Origin: Candidatus Saccharimonadales bacterium
GTDB lineage: Bacteria; Patescibacteriota; Saccharimonadia; Saccharimonadales; UBA10212
Reading direction: 5' to 3'
NCBI GenBank assembly: GCA_040879175.1
Contig: JBBDKW010000001.1
Coordinates: forward strand, 1 to 51,440
DNA: 51,440 nucleotides
The notes beneath the pieces were generated by a model that had not been told where the DNA came from, did not search any database, and saw nothing but the letters and a program-made list of their open reading frames with translations. Below, piece after piece: positions 27,635 to 35,955 of this stretch. Position 1 is the first letter of the stretch; every line of letters starts with the position of its first letter. The position numbers and the translations under genes are program-made.

Positions 27635-29011
27635 TCAAAAACGATGGACGCCGTCGATATTGGTGGCATCAGGCGGGAGTGGATGTTTGGATTGGTCGCC
27701 ATCAATAATATAGCCAGCCCCGCTTGTATCTTCGCCGACGGCTGATTTGTCGCCGTCTTCGGCTGGCAGTGGTTCTTTTTCTTTTGCTTCAAGGCTGGGG
27801 ACGGATGTTTCTAATAAGTCCTTGTGCTCATTACCGGTCGCTTCAGGAGGTGGTAAAAGAGGTTCATCGGGCGGCTCGGTGATATCGATTTTTTCTTCTT
27901 TAGACTCTGCAGCTTTCTCATCTCTGTGATGCTGGTCAGCGTGTTTGGCTTCAACGTCTTTAAGTTCTTCCTTTTTATCTTCTTTCTCGGGTTCGGAGCC
28001 GCTGTGTAAGAGGTGTGCGACATCAGCCGTCAGCTCGACCAGGCGGTTGCTGTAGCCCCACTCGTTATCGTACCAAGCCACTACTCGCACTAAATTACTG
28101 CCGACAACTGCTGTTAGCTTCAAGTCAACGATTGCCGAGTGGCTGTTGCCAATAAAATCGCTGCTCACCAGCTCTTCCTCCGTAACATCCAAAATGCCTT
28201 GGAAATATGGGTCGGCGGCAGCTTTTTTCAGAGCTTCGTTAACTTCTTCAATCGACACGCCGCGCTTGGTAACAACTGCAAAATCGGCCAAAGAAACCAC
28301 CGGTATCGGCACCCTTACGGATAAGCCACCAAAAATATCTTCCAGAGCCGGTAGAGCTTTGGCTGCGGCTTTAGTAGCGCCGGTAGATGTTGGAATTAAA
28401 TTGGTGGCGGCATTACGAGCCCGGCGCAGGTCTTTATGTGGCGCGTCCTGCAGGCGCTGGTCCTGTGTATAACCATGCATTGTAGTCATTAGAGCTTTTT
28501 CAATGCCGAAGTTAGCTTCCAAAACAGCCATCACGGGCGTGATGCACACAGTTGTGCAGCTGGCACCGCTGAGGATATCTCCAGCCTCAGATAAATTATC
28601 ATCATTTACACCAATTACTATGGTCTTGGCGCCATCACCGTCCGCCGGCGCAGAAATCACAACCTTCTTGGCGCCAGCGTCAATATGGGCCCTGGCCTTG
28701 GCCGGATCGGTAAAAAGCCCGGTAGACTCGATTACTACATCGACTCCTAAGTCTTTCCACGGCAGCTTGGCTGGATCTTTTTCAGAGAGTACTTTTATCT
28801 TTTGGCCTTGAACGACGATACTTTGCTCGTTAGATGAAACATCGTGCTGATAGGCACCGAAGTTGCTGTCGTGCTCTAGAAGATGCGCCAATGTTTTAGT
28901 GTCGGTAAGGTCATTAATGGCAACGATTTCCAGATCCGGCCGCTCAAAGGCAATTTTAAAAGCATTGCGGCCAATTCGTCCAAAGCCGTTTATCGCCACT
29001 TTTGTTTTCAT
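27635..29011 (-). CDS. gap: Type I glyceraldehyde-3-phosphate dehydrogenase with a C-terminal extension of about 120 aa
   Basis: INGFGRIGR, ASCTTVC, WYDNEWGYS, then an acidic/Pro-rich tail. Confidence 0.95.
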   Translation of the reverse strand: MKTKVAINGFGRIGRNAFKIAFERPDLEIVAINDLTDTKTLAHLLEHDSNFGAYQHDVSSNEQSIVVQGQKIKVLSEKDPAKLPWKDLGVDVVIESTGLFTDPAKARAHIDAGAKKVVISAPADGDGAKTIVIGVNDDNLSEAGDILSGASCTTVCITPVMAVLEANFGIEKALMTTMHGYTQDQRLQDAPHKDLRRARNAATNLIPTSTGATKAAAKALPALEDIFGGLSVRVPIPVVSLADFAVVTKRGVSIEEVNEALKKAAADPYFQGILDVTEEELVSSDFIGNSHSAIVDLKLTAVVGSNLVRVVAWYDNEWGYSNRLVELTADVAHLLHSGSEPEKEDKKEELKDVEAKHADQHHRDEKAAESKEEKIDITEPPDEPLLPPPEATGNEHKDLLETSVPSLEAKEKEPLPAEDGDKSAVGEDTSGAGYIIDGDQSKHPLPPDATNIDGVHRF

Positions 29012-29056
29012 CTATATCCCACCATATAATCTGAGCTTAATTGTATGGCTTTATGG

Positions 29057-29599
29057 TTAGGCTTTCAACCCAGCACTTTGTGCACGTTCTATTGATTCGG
29101 CTATGACTCTCTTGGCTTCTTCAATACCGCTCCAGCCTAGAACCTTAGTGCTCCCAGGTTTGGATAGGTCCTTGTAGTGAGCAAAGTGGTGCTCAACTTT
29201 CTCCTTCCAGCGTTCGCCCAAATCTTCTAAGGATTTGATTGAGTCACCGCTGTCACGGTCGTCGGCCGGCACAACGATGATTTTGTGGTCCATCTCACCG
29301 TCGTCTTCGAAATTGAGAATGCCAATAATTCTGCCCTTCAGCCACACACCGGTGCCGACCGGCTGTGAGGTTACTATCAACGTGTCGAGCTCGTCACCAT
29401 CATCATCAAGCGTCTGCGGAATGAATCCGTAATTCACCGGCTTGGCAAAAATCGCCGGTTCCACCCTGTCCAACGTAAATGCTGCCCGCTGGCGGTCCCA
29501 TTCGATTTTCATTATCGAGCCTTCCGGAATCTCGACAACGGTGTTAACCTCGCCGTTCTGGTAGTCGCCGGGTTCTAGAACTTTATTAAAATCAGGCAT
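29057..29599 (-). CDS. ppa: Inorganic pyrophosphatase (family I)
   Basis: VEIP, LDR, NYGFIPQTL, DGDELD, HFAHYK; likely start ATG 29599. Confidence 0.93.
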   Translation of the reverse strand: MPDFNKVLEPGDYQNGEVNTVVEIPEGSIMKIEWDRQRAAFTLDRVEPAIFAKPVNYGFIPQTLDDDGDELDTLIVTSQPVGTGVWLKGRIIGILNFEDDGEMDHKIIVVPADDRDSGDSIKSLEDLGERWKEKVEHHFAHYKDLSKPGSTKVLGWSGIEEAKRVIAESIERAQSAGLKA

Positions 29600-29620
29600 C
29601 AAACGCTCCCTTTGGTCGCT

Positions 29621-29714
29621 CAAAAAACAAAAAACAAAAATTAAAGAACAAATATTTGATGTTTGAACTTTTCAGTTTATTTGAATTTTGAATTTTGAGG
29701 TTTGAAGTTTTCAT
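29621..29714. repeat. Inverted heptamer array with an 11-mer interruption
   Basis: caaaaaa caaaaaa caaaaat taaagaa caaata ... tttgatg tttgaac ttttcag ttta tttgaat tttgaat tttgagg tttgaag ttttcat. Confidence 0.85.
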
Positions 29715-29746
29715 CGCTCTTTATTTTTGCATATTTTTTCAAAATT

Positions 29747-30175
29747 TCAGAGCGATTGCTCAGTCACTGTCACCGTGCCGTGCATAGAAGGATGGATGCC
29801 GCAGATATAATTGAACGCACCCTCGTCGTTAAACGTAAAGCTGAAGGTGTCACCGTTACCCAATGTTTCGCTCTTTGGGATATTGTCCGTATCAAACTCG
29901 ACAGTGTGGGCAACGCTGTCGTTGTTAGTCCAGGTGACTGTAGTACCTTTTTTTACTGTTATATCTGTCGGAGAGAAAGTAAAGTTACTGATGCTAACTT
30001 TATTGGTCGTAGCCGCCGCTCGATTGTTAGTGGCCGTGTTATTAGTACTTTGAGTGGTTGACTCTGTTTGCTGATTAGGGTTGGTATTATTTTGGTCGTC
30101 ACCTCGGCCGGCTATTATAAAAGCCGCTGCCGCCACCAATGCGACCACAACCAATCCCGCTAGATATTTCATCAC
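29747..30175 (-). CDS. Membrane-anchored cupredoxin (plastocyanin/amicyanin-like)
   Basis: N-terminal TM segment, N/T/Q-rich linker, WTNNDSVAHTV and YICGIHPSMHG type-1 copper ligands. Confidence 0.9.
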   Translation of the reverse strand: MMKYLAGLVVVALVAAAAFIIAGRGDDQNNTNPNQQTESTTQSTNNTATNNRAAATTNKVSISNFTFSPTDITVKKGTTVTWTNNDSVAHTVEFDTDNIPKSETLGNGDTFSFTFNDEGAFNYICGIHPSMHGTVTVTEQSL

Positions 30176-30219
30176 CGAAACCTCCTATTTATTAGCCAAG
30201 ACCTATGATAACACGCTAT

Positions 30220-31224
30220 CTAGGCAGCAGAGTAACTACGCGCATCTGTCTGTATCGAACGATGGGGATGGTCGCCGTGTTTTCTGGCTGGCACCTGGTC
30301 CAGGTACTCGCGGATAGTCAAGGCAGCTGTAGCGCCTTCGCCGACAGCGCTGGCTATTTGTTCCGTAGCCCCGCTACGGACATCTCCGGCGCAAAAAATC
30401 CCCAGAACGTTCGTGCCGAGGTGCTCGTTAGTCTTAACAAAACCTCTTTCGTCAAGCTCTATTCCGCTACCGGCCAAAAATTGGGTGTTTGGTACCAGAC
30501 CGATGAATACAAAGACGCCGTCGGTCGCAAATTCGATATTTTCATTTGTTTGACCATTCTTGGCTACGACCTTCTTTACAAAATTCCCCTCTCCCAAAAT
30601 CTGGCTAATCTCGGTGTTGAAATGGACAGTTATGTTCGGCGTTTTAGCGATTCGCTCAACCAGAATGTCGCTGGCGCGCCACTGATCTTTTCTAATCAAT
30701 ATGTCGACGTGCTCCACTAGTCGCGCTAAAAACAAGGTCTCCTGGGCGGCCGAATTGCCGCCGCCGACCACAACCAGTCGTCTGCCTTTATAAAGCGGGC
30801 CGTCGCAAGTAGCACAGTAGTGGACACCTTTGCCATAGTATTCTTTTTCTCCCTCGGCTTCCAAGCGCTTGTAGTTGTTGCCGGTAGCAATCAGCACCGT
30901 GTGGGCCTGATATTCCTTATTATCGGCCGTGTAGACCTTTTTCACCTCAGAACCGTTTTCAATTTTAGTCGCATCGCCGTACTCGATTTTAGCGCCGAAC
31001 CGTTCGGCCTGCGCCCGCAGGCGGTCTGCCAACACCAACCCGCTAATCCCGTCCGGGAAGCCAGGGTAATTTTCCACACTGTCGGTGATGGCTGCCAAGC
31101 CGCCAATCACACCCTTTTCCAAAACCAGCGTTTCAATATCTTCGCGCGTCGTATAAACAGCGGCGCTCAGGGCCGCTGGCCCAGCGCCAATAATTATCAA
31201 GTCGTGGACTTGCTTATTTTCCAT
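30220..31224 (-). CDS. trxB: Thioredoxin reductase
   Basis: GAGPA, ENYPGF, CATCDG, GGGNSA, AGDV. Confidence 0.93.
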   Translation of the reverse strand: MENKQVHDLIIIGAGPAALSAAVYTTREDIETLVLEKGVIGGLAAITDSVENYPGFPDGISGLVLADRLRAQAERFGAKIEYGDATKIENGSEVKKVYTADNKEYQAHTVLIATGNNYKRLEAEGEKEYYGKGVHYCATCDGPLYKGRRLVVVGGGNSAAQETLFLARLVEHVDILIRKDQWRASDILVERIAKTPNITVHFNTEISQILGEGNFVKKVVAKNGQTNENIEFATDGVFVFIGLVPNTQFLAGSGIELDERGFVKTNEHLGTNVLGIFCAGDVRSGATEQIASAVGEGATAALTIREYLDQVPARKHGDHPHRSIQTDARSYSAA

Positions 31225-31473
31225 TTAGCCAAGAGCCGGTGCCAATTTAGGGATGTTGTAGCCAATGACGACTTCTTTAGTGTCGTCCTGTTTGGTAACG
31301 ACCGTCACCGGCACAGTCAAGGCGCCGCTCATTTCTAGGACTTCTTGTTGGAGTTCAGGCCTTTCGTCTAGATTCACTACTTCGTACTTGAGGCCTTTCA
31401 TATCCAGAAAACGCTCTACCATTACGCAGTAAGCGCAGGTGTTGGTAGTAAATATAGTAATACTTTTTGGCAC
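31225..31473 (-). CDS. Glutaredoxin / NrdH-like redoxin
   Basis: 82 aa; CAYC active site and TVPV cis-Pro motif; GGAGG SD. Confidence 0.85.
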   Translation of the reverse strand: MPKSITIFTTNTCAYCVMVERFLDMKGLKYEVVNLDERPELQQEVLEMSGALTVPVTVVTKQDDTKEVVIGYNIPKLAPALG

Positions 31474-31526
31474 GTGATCCCTCCTCTTTTATCGTTTGGG
31501 TTTTTAAATTAAGCTCTCGCTTAGAT

Positions 31527-31555
31527 AATATAGCTGGTGTAGGAGTCGACGTCAA
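31527..31555 (-). promoter_or_regulatory. Sigma70 promoter for the redoxin-trxB operon
   Basis: TTGACG-17 nt-TATATT on the minus strand. Confidence 0.65.
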
Positions 31556-31557
31556 TA

Positions 31558-31573
31558 ACGCTATATATTGTGG
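31558..31573. promoter_or_regulatory. NrdR box
   Basis: acgCTATATATTGTGg matches the acaCwAtATaTwGtg consensus; abuts the -35 of an NrdH-like gene. Confidence 0.65.
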
Positions 31574-31594
31574 TTTTGTCAGCAAATATGCACA

Positions 31595-32143
31595 CTACTG
31601 GACGGTCAGAAGGGTAATGTCAAAAACCAAGTCAGCGTTGGCCGGAATGCCGGATGTCGGTGGTGGGTTGGCGCCGTAAGCCAGATTTGCCGGAATGAGT
31701 AAACGCCTTTGTCCGCCGACCTTCATACCAGGCAATCCATCAACCCAGCCCTGAATCAGACCTTCGGGCCCGCCTCTAAGAACAAGTTGGGCGGGCTGGC
31801 CGGTGTCAGAAGAACTATCAAAAACCAGGCCGGTCGCAGCCACGGCAGCGGTATAGAGTACAGTAACGGTCGAGCCGATTTTAGCTTCGGCGCCAGTGCC
31901 AACTTTTTGGTCAATTTTCTGCAAGCTTTCAACTTTGGCGACGGGGGTGAAATCAGGCATCGGCTTGCCCCTAAGCGAGTTTTCTGGCTGGGTCTGGCTT
32001 TGACTATCCTGTTTTGTGGCCTGCCAAAAATAATAGATACCGATACCTACGGCACTCAGGACAAACAACAACGCTATAGATAGCCACATCGCCCGACGCA
32101 GTCCGCTCTTTAGTTTTTCGGTATTTATACTCATATCTATCAA
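31595..32143 (-). CDS. FKBP-type peptidyl-prolyl isomerase, membrane anchored
   Basis: TM segment, VFDSS, LIQGWVDGLPGMKVGGQRRLLIPANLAYG, IPANADLVF; start could be 32134. Confidence 0.9.
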   Translation of the reverse strand: MIDMSINTEKLKSGLRRAMWLSIALLFVLSAVGIGIYYFWQATKQDSQSQTQPENSLRGKPMPDFTPVAKVESLQKIDQKVGTGAEAKIGSTVTVLYTAAVAATGLVFDSSSDTGQPAQLVLRGGPEGLIQGWVDGLPGMKVGGQRRLLIPANLAYGANPPPTSGIPANADLVFDITLLTVQ

Positions 32144-34678
32144 CTAAATCCGTTCAGCTGCGAGTTCTTTTCTAGCTGCAACTGCTATTTTATTAAACAA
32201 CTGGTTAACCTCAGTGGTCGTCAGCGTCCGCTGCGGGTGCCAGAGACTAATCCGCCAGGTAGTCTGCTTGTGCGATTTATCTTTTGGCCGTTGGAAGATG
32301 TCGAGAGGCTCAATGGCAAAACTGTATCCGTGTTCTTTGGCGGCCTTGTCCAGATGATTTTTCAAAAACTCAGATAGGTCGGCGTATGTTATTTCTATTG
32401 ATGAGCTCAGGCAAAGGTCCTGATCCAAACTGGGGAAACGGTTAAGCGGCCGGTAATCAACTCGGGCGGCCGACAGTAGCTGCATGGCGCTAATACTAAG
32501 TTCAGCTGCAGCCGAATCTAGCGGCAGCTTGAGCGTCGCCCTTAATTTGGCCGACGGTTCACCTACTACACCTAAGAAGTCTTTGCCGGCATAAAGGGCT
32601 GCACTGCGTTTAGGCTCAAAGGCTTTTGAAGCCACTCGCCAATCTTTGGTCTGGTTTTTTGCCTGTTCCAGCGGCCAATACTCGACATCTGAAATACTTA
32701 ACTTGTTAAGTAATTTGTCTACGTAGTACTTTGCCTTATAAAACGGCGCTTTCGCCTCCTTGGGTTTGCTTGTCGAAACTATAGCTATTCCCAGTCTTAG
32801 GAGTTCAGCCGGTAATTTTTCGCTGTCCTCCACCCCTCTTACGTGAGCTGCGCCAATCTCAAAAAGCGCGAACCTATCGAAGCGGGCTTTAACATTGGGG
32901 TGAGCTTTTTCTAGCAGGCTCGGCGTCAAGCTCAGACGGTAGTATTGCAAATCAGGGCTAAGGGCATTGCGGATATGGTAGGCGTCTTTGGGGTCTTGCC
33001 CGACGGCCCGCAAAAGAGGTTCATCAACGAAACTGTACGTTAGTACTTCGTTGGCACCGGCCGAAGACATTATGTTACGCAGTTGTGATTTGAAGCTGAG
33101 CATCGGATCAGGTTTAGCCGGTGACAGGTCACGCGATGGTAACTCGATCGGCAGATGCTGATATCCGTAAAGGCGCCCGACCTCTTCAACAATATCTTCG
33201 GCTATTTTGATGTCAGTCCGCCAAAAAGGCACCCCGATTATTAAATTTTCTCCGCTTGCTTGAACTTTGAACTCGACATTCTCCAACAATTTGGACATTG
33301 CTTTAGAAGATAAACTCAGGCCCAAACGTTTGTTAACAAAACCAGCCGTAGTCTTTACCGGCGATGGGGTATTAAGCGTACCCTTAAGGTCGTAGATGCT
33401 GCGAGCAGGCAATCCGCCTGACTGGTGAAGAATAAAGTCAACCGCCCGGGCCAAAACCCTATCAGTTTGCCAGGGAGACTGATTCTTGGTAAAGCGGGTT
33501 GCAGCGTCAGTGAATAAACCGTAGTTCATAGCAGTTCTGCGGGTAATCCGCATATCGAAATTACCAACTTCCAGGATGATATTTTTAGTTTTCTCATCAA
33601 CTTCGGTGTCTGCCCCACCCATTACGCCGGCAAGTCCTATTGGTTGTTTATCCGTGGCTATGACTAGCTCGCCGCCAGCCAAGGTCACGGTCTTACCGGC
33701 TAGTAAAGCTAGTTTTTCACCTTTTTTAGCTTCTCGGACTATGATTTTTGCGCCGCCTTGGCCGCTCAGGCTTTTGACTTTGTCGTAATCATAAGCGTGT
33801 ATCGGCTGGGCTGTTTCATACATCAAATAGTTGGTGGTGTCCACGATGTTGTTGATAGGCCGCATACCAACACGAGCCAAATAGCTTCTTATGTCAAGCG
33901 AGGCATCGTTGACTTTGACATTTTTTACAACTTGCATCATAAATCGCGGCACTAAACTCGGAGTCTGGTTTTTGACATCAAGTAATTTATCGTCCGTTTT
34001 ATGGCGGCCGGCAGTTTTATTGCCCAAGTACCATTTCGGTGAGCTGAAGACCATATGTTGAATGCCAGCCAGCTCGCGGGCAATACCTAGCATACCAAAA
34101 CAGTCCGGCCGGTGTGTGAACATCTTGTTTTCAATGTCAATGATAAAGTCATCCAACTCGTATGTTTTGGCAAAGTCATCGCCCGGCTGGGCATTTTTAT
34201 CAATTTCAATAATCCCGGTGTGGTCATCGCCCAGCTCCAACTCTTTGGCGCTGGCCAACATGCCGTTGCTAACCACACTGCGGATTTCTCGAACTTCCAA
34301 GATAAGCGGCTCTTTATCGATTGTGCTCGGAACAGCTACTCCTGGCGGAATCCAGGCGGCTAACATACCGGCTTTGACGTTCGGCGCGCCGCAGACAATT
34401 TCAATCAGCCCGTTATTGTCACGTTTTACTTTCTTGACAACTTCGCCATCGTCAACCAGACAAACGGTTAACTTATCCGCCTTGGGATGTTTTTGGCTCG
34501 AAACGACTTTGACCACCACAATTCCATTGTATTTTTTTCCAGGGTCGATTACTTCTTCGACCGCTCCAAGCTGGGCGCCGATTCTTTCAACTAAAACATC
34601 AACACCGTCAGGAACAAGATTGGCCGAGCACTGGTCTGCTTCGACAATCGACTTGATCCAGTTAAGGCTAACTTTCAT
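32144..34678 (-). CDS. pheT: Phenylalanine-tRNA ligase beta subunit
   Basis: HPKADKL, IVCGAPNV, RPDC, INNIVD, EEVGRLYGY. Confidence 0.95.
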   Translation of the reverse strand: MKVSLNWIKSIVEADQCSANLVPDGVDVLVERIGAQLGAVEEVIDPGKKYNGIVVVKVVSSQKHPKADKLTVCLVDDGEVVKKVKRDNNGLIEIVCGAPNVKAGMLAAWIPPGVAVPSTIDKEPLILEVREIRSVVSNGMLASAKELELGDDHTGIIEIDKNAQPGDDFAKTYELDDFIIDIENKMFTHRPDCFGMLGIARELAGIQHMVFSSPKWYLGNKTAGRHKTDDKLLDVKNQTPSLVPRFMMQVVKNVKVNDASLDIRSYLARVGMRPINNIVDTTNYLMYETAQPIHAYDYDKVKSLSGQGGAKIIVREAKKGEKLALLAGKTVTLAGGELVIATDKQPIGLAGVMGGADTEVDEKTKNIILEVGNFDMRITRRTAMNYGLFTDAATRFTKNQSPWQTDRVLARAVDFILHQSGGLPARSIYDLKGTLNTPSPVKTTAGFVNKRLGLSLSSKAMSKLLENVEFKVQASGENLIIGVPFWRTDIKIAEDIVEEVGRLYGYQHLPIELPSRDLSPAKPDPMLSFKSQLRNIMSSAGANEVLTYSFVDEPLLRAVGQDPKDAYHIRNALSPDLQYYRLSLTPSLLEKAHPNVKARFDRFALFEIGAAHVRGVEDSEKLPAELLRLGIAIVSTSKPKEAKAPFYKAKYYVDKLLNKLSISDVEYWPLEQAKNQTKDWRVASKAFEPKRSAALYAGKDFLGVVGEPSAKLRATLKLPLDSAAAELSISAMQLLSAARVDYRPLNRFPSLDQDLCLSSSIEITYADLSEFLKNHLDKAAKEHGYSFAIEPLDIFQRPKDKSHKQTTWRISLWHPQRTLTTTEVNQLFNKIAVAARKELAAERI

Positions 34679-34841
34679 TCTTTGCCTTTGGCATCGCTTC
34701 TTCGTACTCTATCGATTTCATCGATATCTCCAGATTGCAAGCATTGTTGGCCTTGCAAAAAGCTTCGCATTCCTTGGATAGATTCTCGTCGCGATAATGA
34801 TGTCCACACTCCGGACATTGAAAAATATTCTCCTGACTCAT
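34668..34841 (-). CDS. Small Cys-rich (zinc-finger-like) protein, not in the ORF track
   Basis: MSQENIFQCPECGHHYRDENLSKECEAFCKANNACNLEISMKSIEYEEAMPKAKNES (57 aa); ATGA overlap with the pheS stop and 11-nt overlap with the pheT start. Confidence 0.8.
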   Translation of the reverse strand: MSQENIFQCPECGHHYRDENLSKECEAFCKANNACNLEISMKSIEYEEAMPKAKNES

Positions 34842-35908
34842 ACGAACTGCCTCAGGAATGCTAAGTTGCCGGACTCAAAATGACGGATATCTTCGATGTT
34901 GTATTTGAGCATCACCAGTCGCTCGATACCGAATCCCCAAGCGAAACCAGTGTATTTATTAGGGTCAACGTCGCCTTCGCGAAGTACATTCGGATGAATC
35001 ATTCCGCAACCGCCAAGCTCTATCCAGCCGGTGTAACCGCAGACGTTACAGCCGTCTCCGTCACAAAATGGGCAAGAAGCTGCAAATTCAAAACTCGGCT
35101 CGGTAAACGGAAAGTAGAAGGGCTGAATTTTAATATCAATATCTCTCCGGTAATAGTTGCTCAACCAGGCCTTGATGGTGGCAACCAAGTGGCCGGCGTG
35201 GATGCCTTTATCGACATAAACGCCTTCCAGTTGGTAAAAAGTGTGCTCGTGGCGGGCATCCAAATCTTCATTACGGAAGACCCTCCCGGGTATTACAACC
35301 GCAATCGGCCTGCCATCTTTGAGGTTGCCTCCGTATTGCCTTAGCACGCGGTTTTGCATTGTACTGGTATGCGCTGGTGCTATCAGTCCCTCATCGGTTA
35401 CGAATGTGTCGTAGTCGTCGCGCGCCGGGTGCCCCGGAGGAAAGTTTAGCGAGCCAAACATATGATAGTCGTCGTCAAGCTCGCGAGACTCCACGGCCAC
35501 GAAGCCCATACGTGCGAAGATATCGAGAGTGTCTTCGAGTTCGGTCATAAGCGGATGTTTACCGCCGTATTCGGTCGGTAGAAGCTTGGGTCGATTCTCG
35601 GGCTCTACGTTGATGTCGAATGGTGCCGTGACGTCGATAGGAGCTACGGCTACTTGTCCAGTTACTGTGGATTCGCGCACAAGTTTTTCGAGTTCGGCTT
35701 TTAAGCTGTTAGCCTCTTTGCCAAACTCGGCTCGAGCCTTACCGGCAGGTAATGTTTTTATTCGGTCAAATAGGGCTATAAGTTCAGGCGCACGTAAAAT
35801 CGCCCGTTTTTCATCGAGCTTCTCGAGCTTAGCTTTCAGCAGCTTAGCAGCTTCTCGAATCTCCGGATTCTTATGCTCCATCTTGGTTTTTAGTATATCA
35901 ATTGCCAC
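34838..35908 (-). CDS. pheS: Phenylalanine-tRNA ligase alpha subunit
   Basis: HPAR, HTS, GRVFRNE, FYQLEG, FPFTEPS, GCGMIHP, GFGIERL. Confidence 0.95.
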   Translation of the reverse strand: MAIDILKTKMEHKNPEIREAAKLLKAKLEKLDEKRAILRAPELIALFDRIKTLPAGKARAEFGKEANSLKAELEKLVRESTVTGQVAVAPIDVTAPFDINVEPENRPKLLPTEYGGKHPLMTELEDTLDIFARMGFVAVESRELDDDYHMFGSLNFPPGHPARDDYDTFVTDEGLIAPAHTSTMQNRVLRQYGGNLKDGRPIAVVIPGRVFRNEDLDARHEHTFYQLEGVYVDKGIHAGHLVATIKAWLSNYYRRDIDIKIQPFYFPFTEPSFEFAASCPFCDGDGCNVCGYTGWIELGGCGMIHPNVLREGDVDPNKYTGFAWGFGIERLVMLKYNIEDIRHFESGNLAFLRQFV

Positions 35909-35955
35909 CTCTCCGCCCTAGCCCCTCTACTCTATTATGTTTATACTTGAACCAT

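Noticed and set aside
3894-29714. Heptamer arrays as CRISPR arrays
   Set aside because: The units are 7 bp and tandem, with no 25-45-bp repeats, no unique spacers and no cas genes
34682-34864. Plus-strand 60-aa ORF between pheT and pheS
   Set aside because: The minus-strand 57-aa Cys-rich ORF fits the operon direction and overlaps both neighbours
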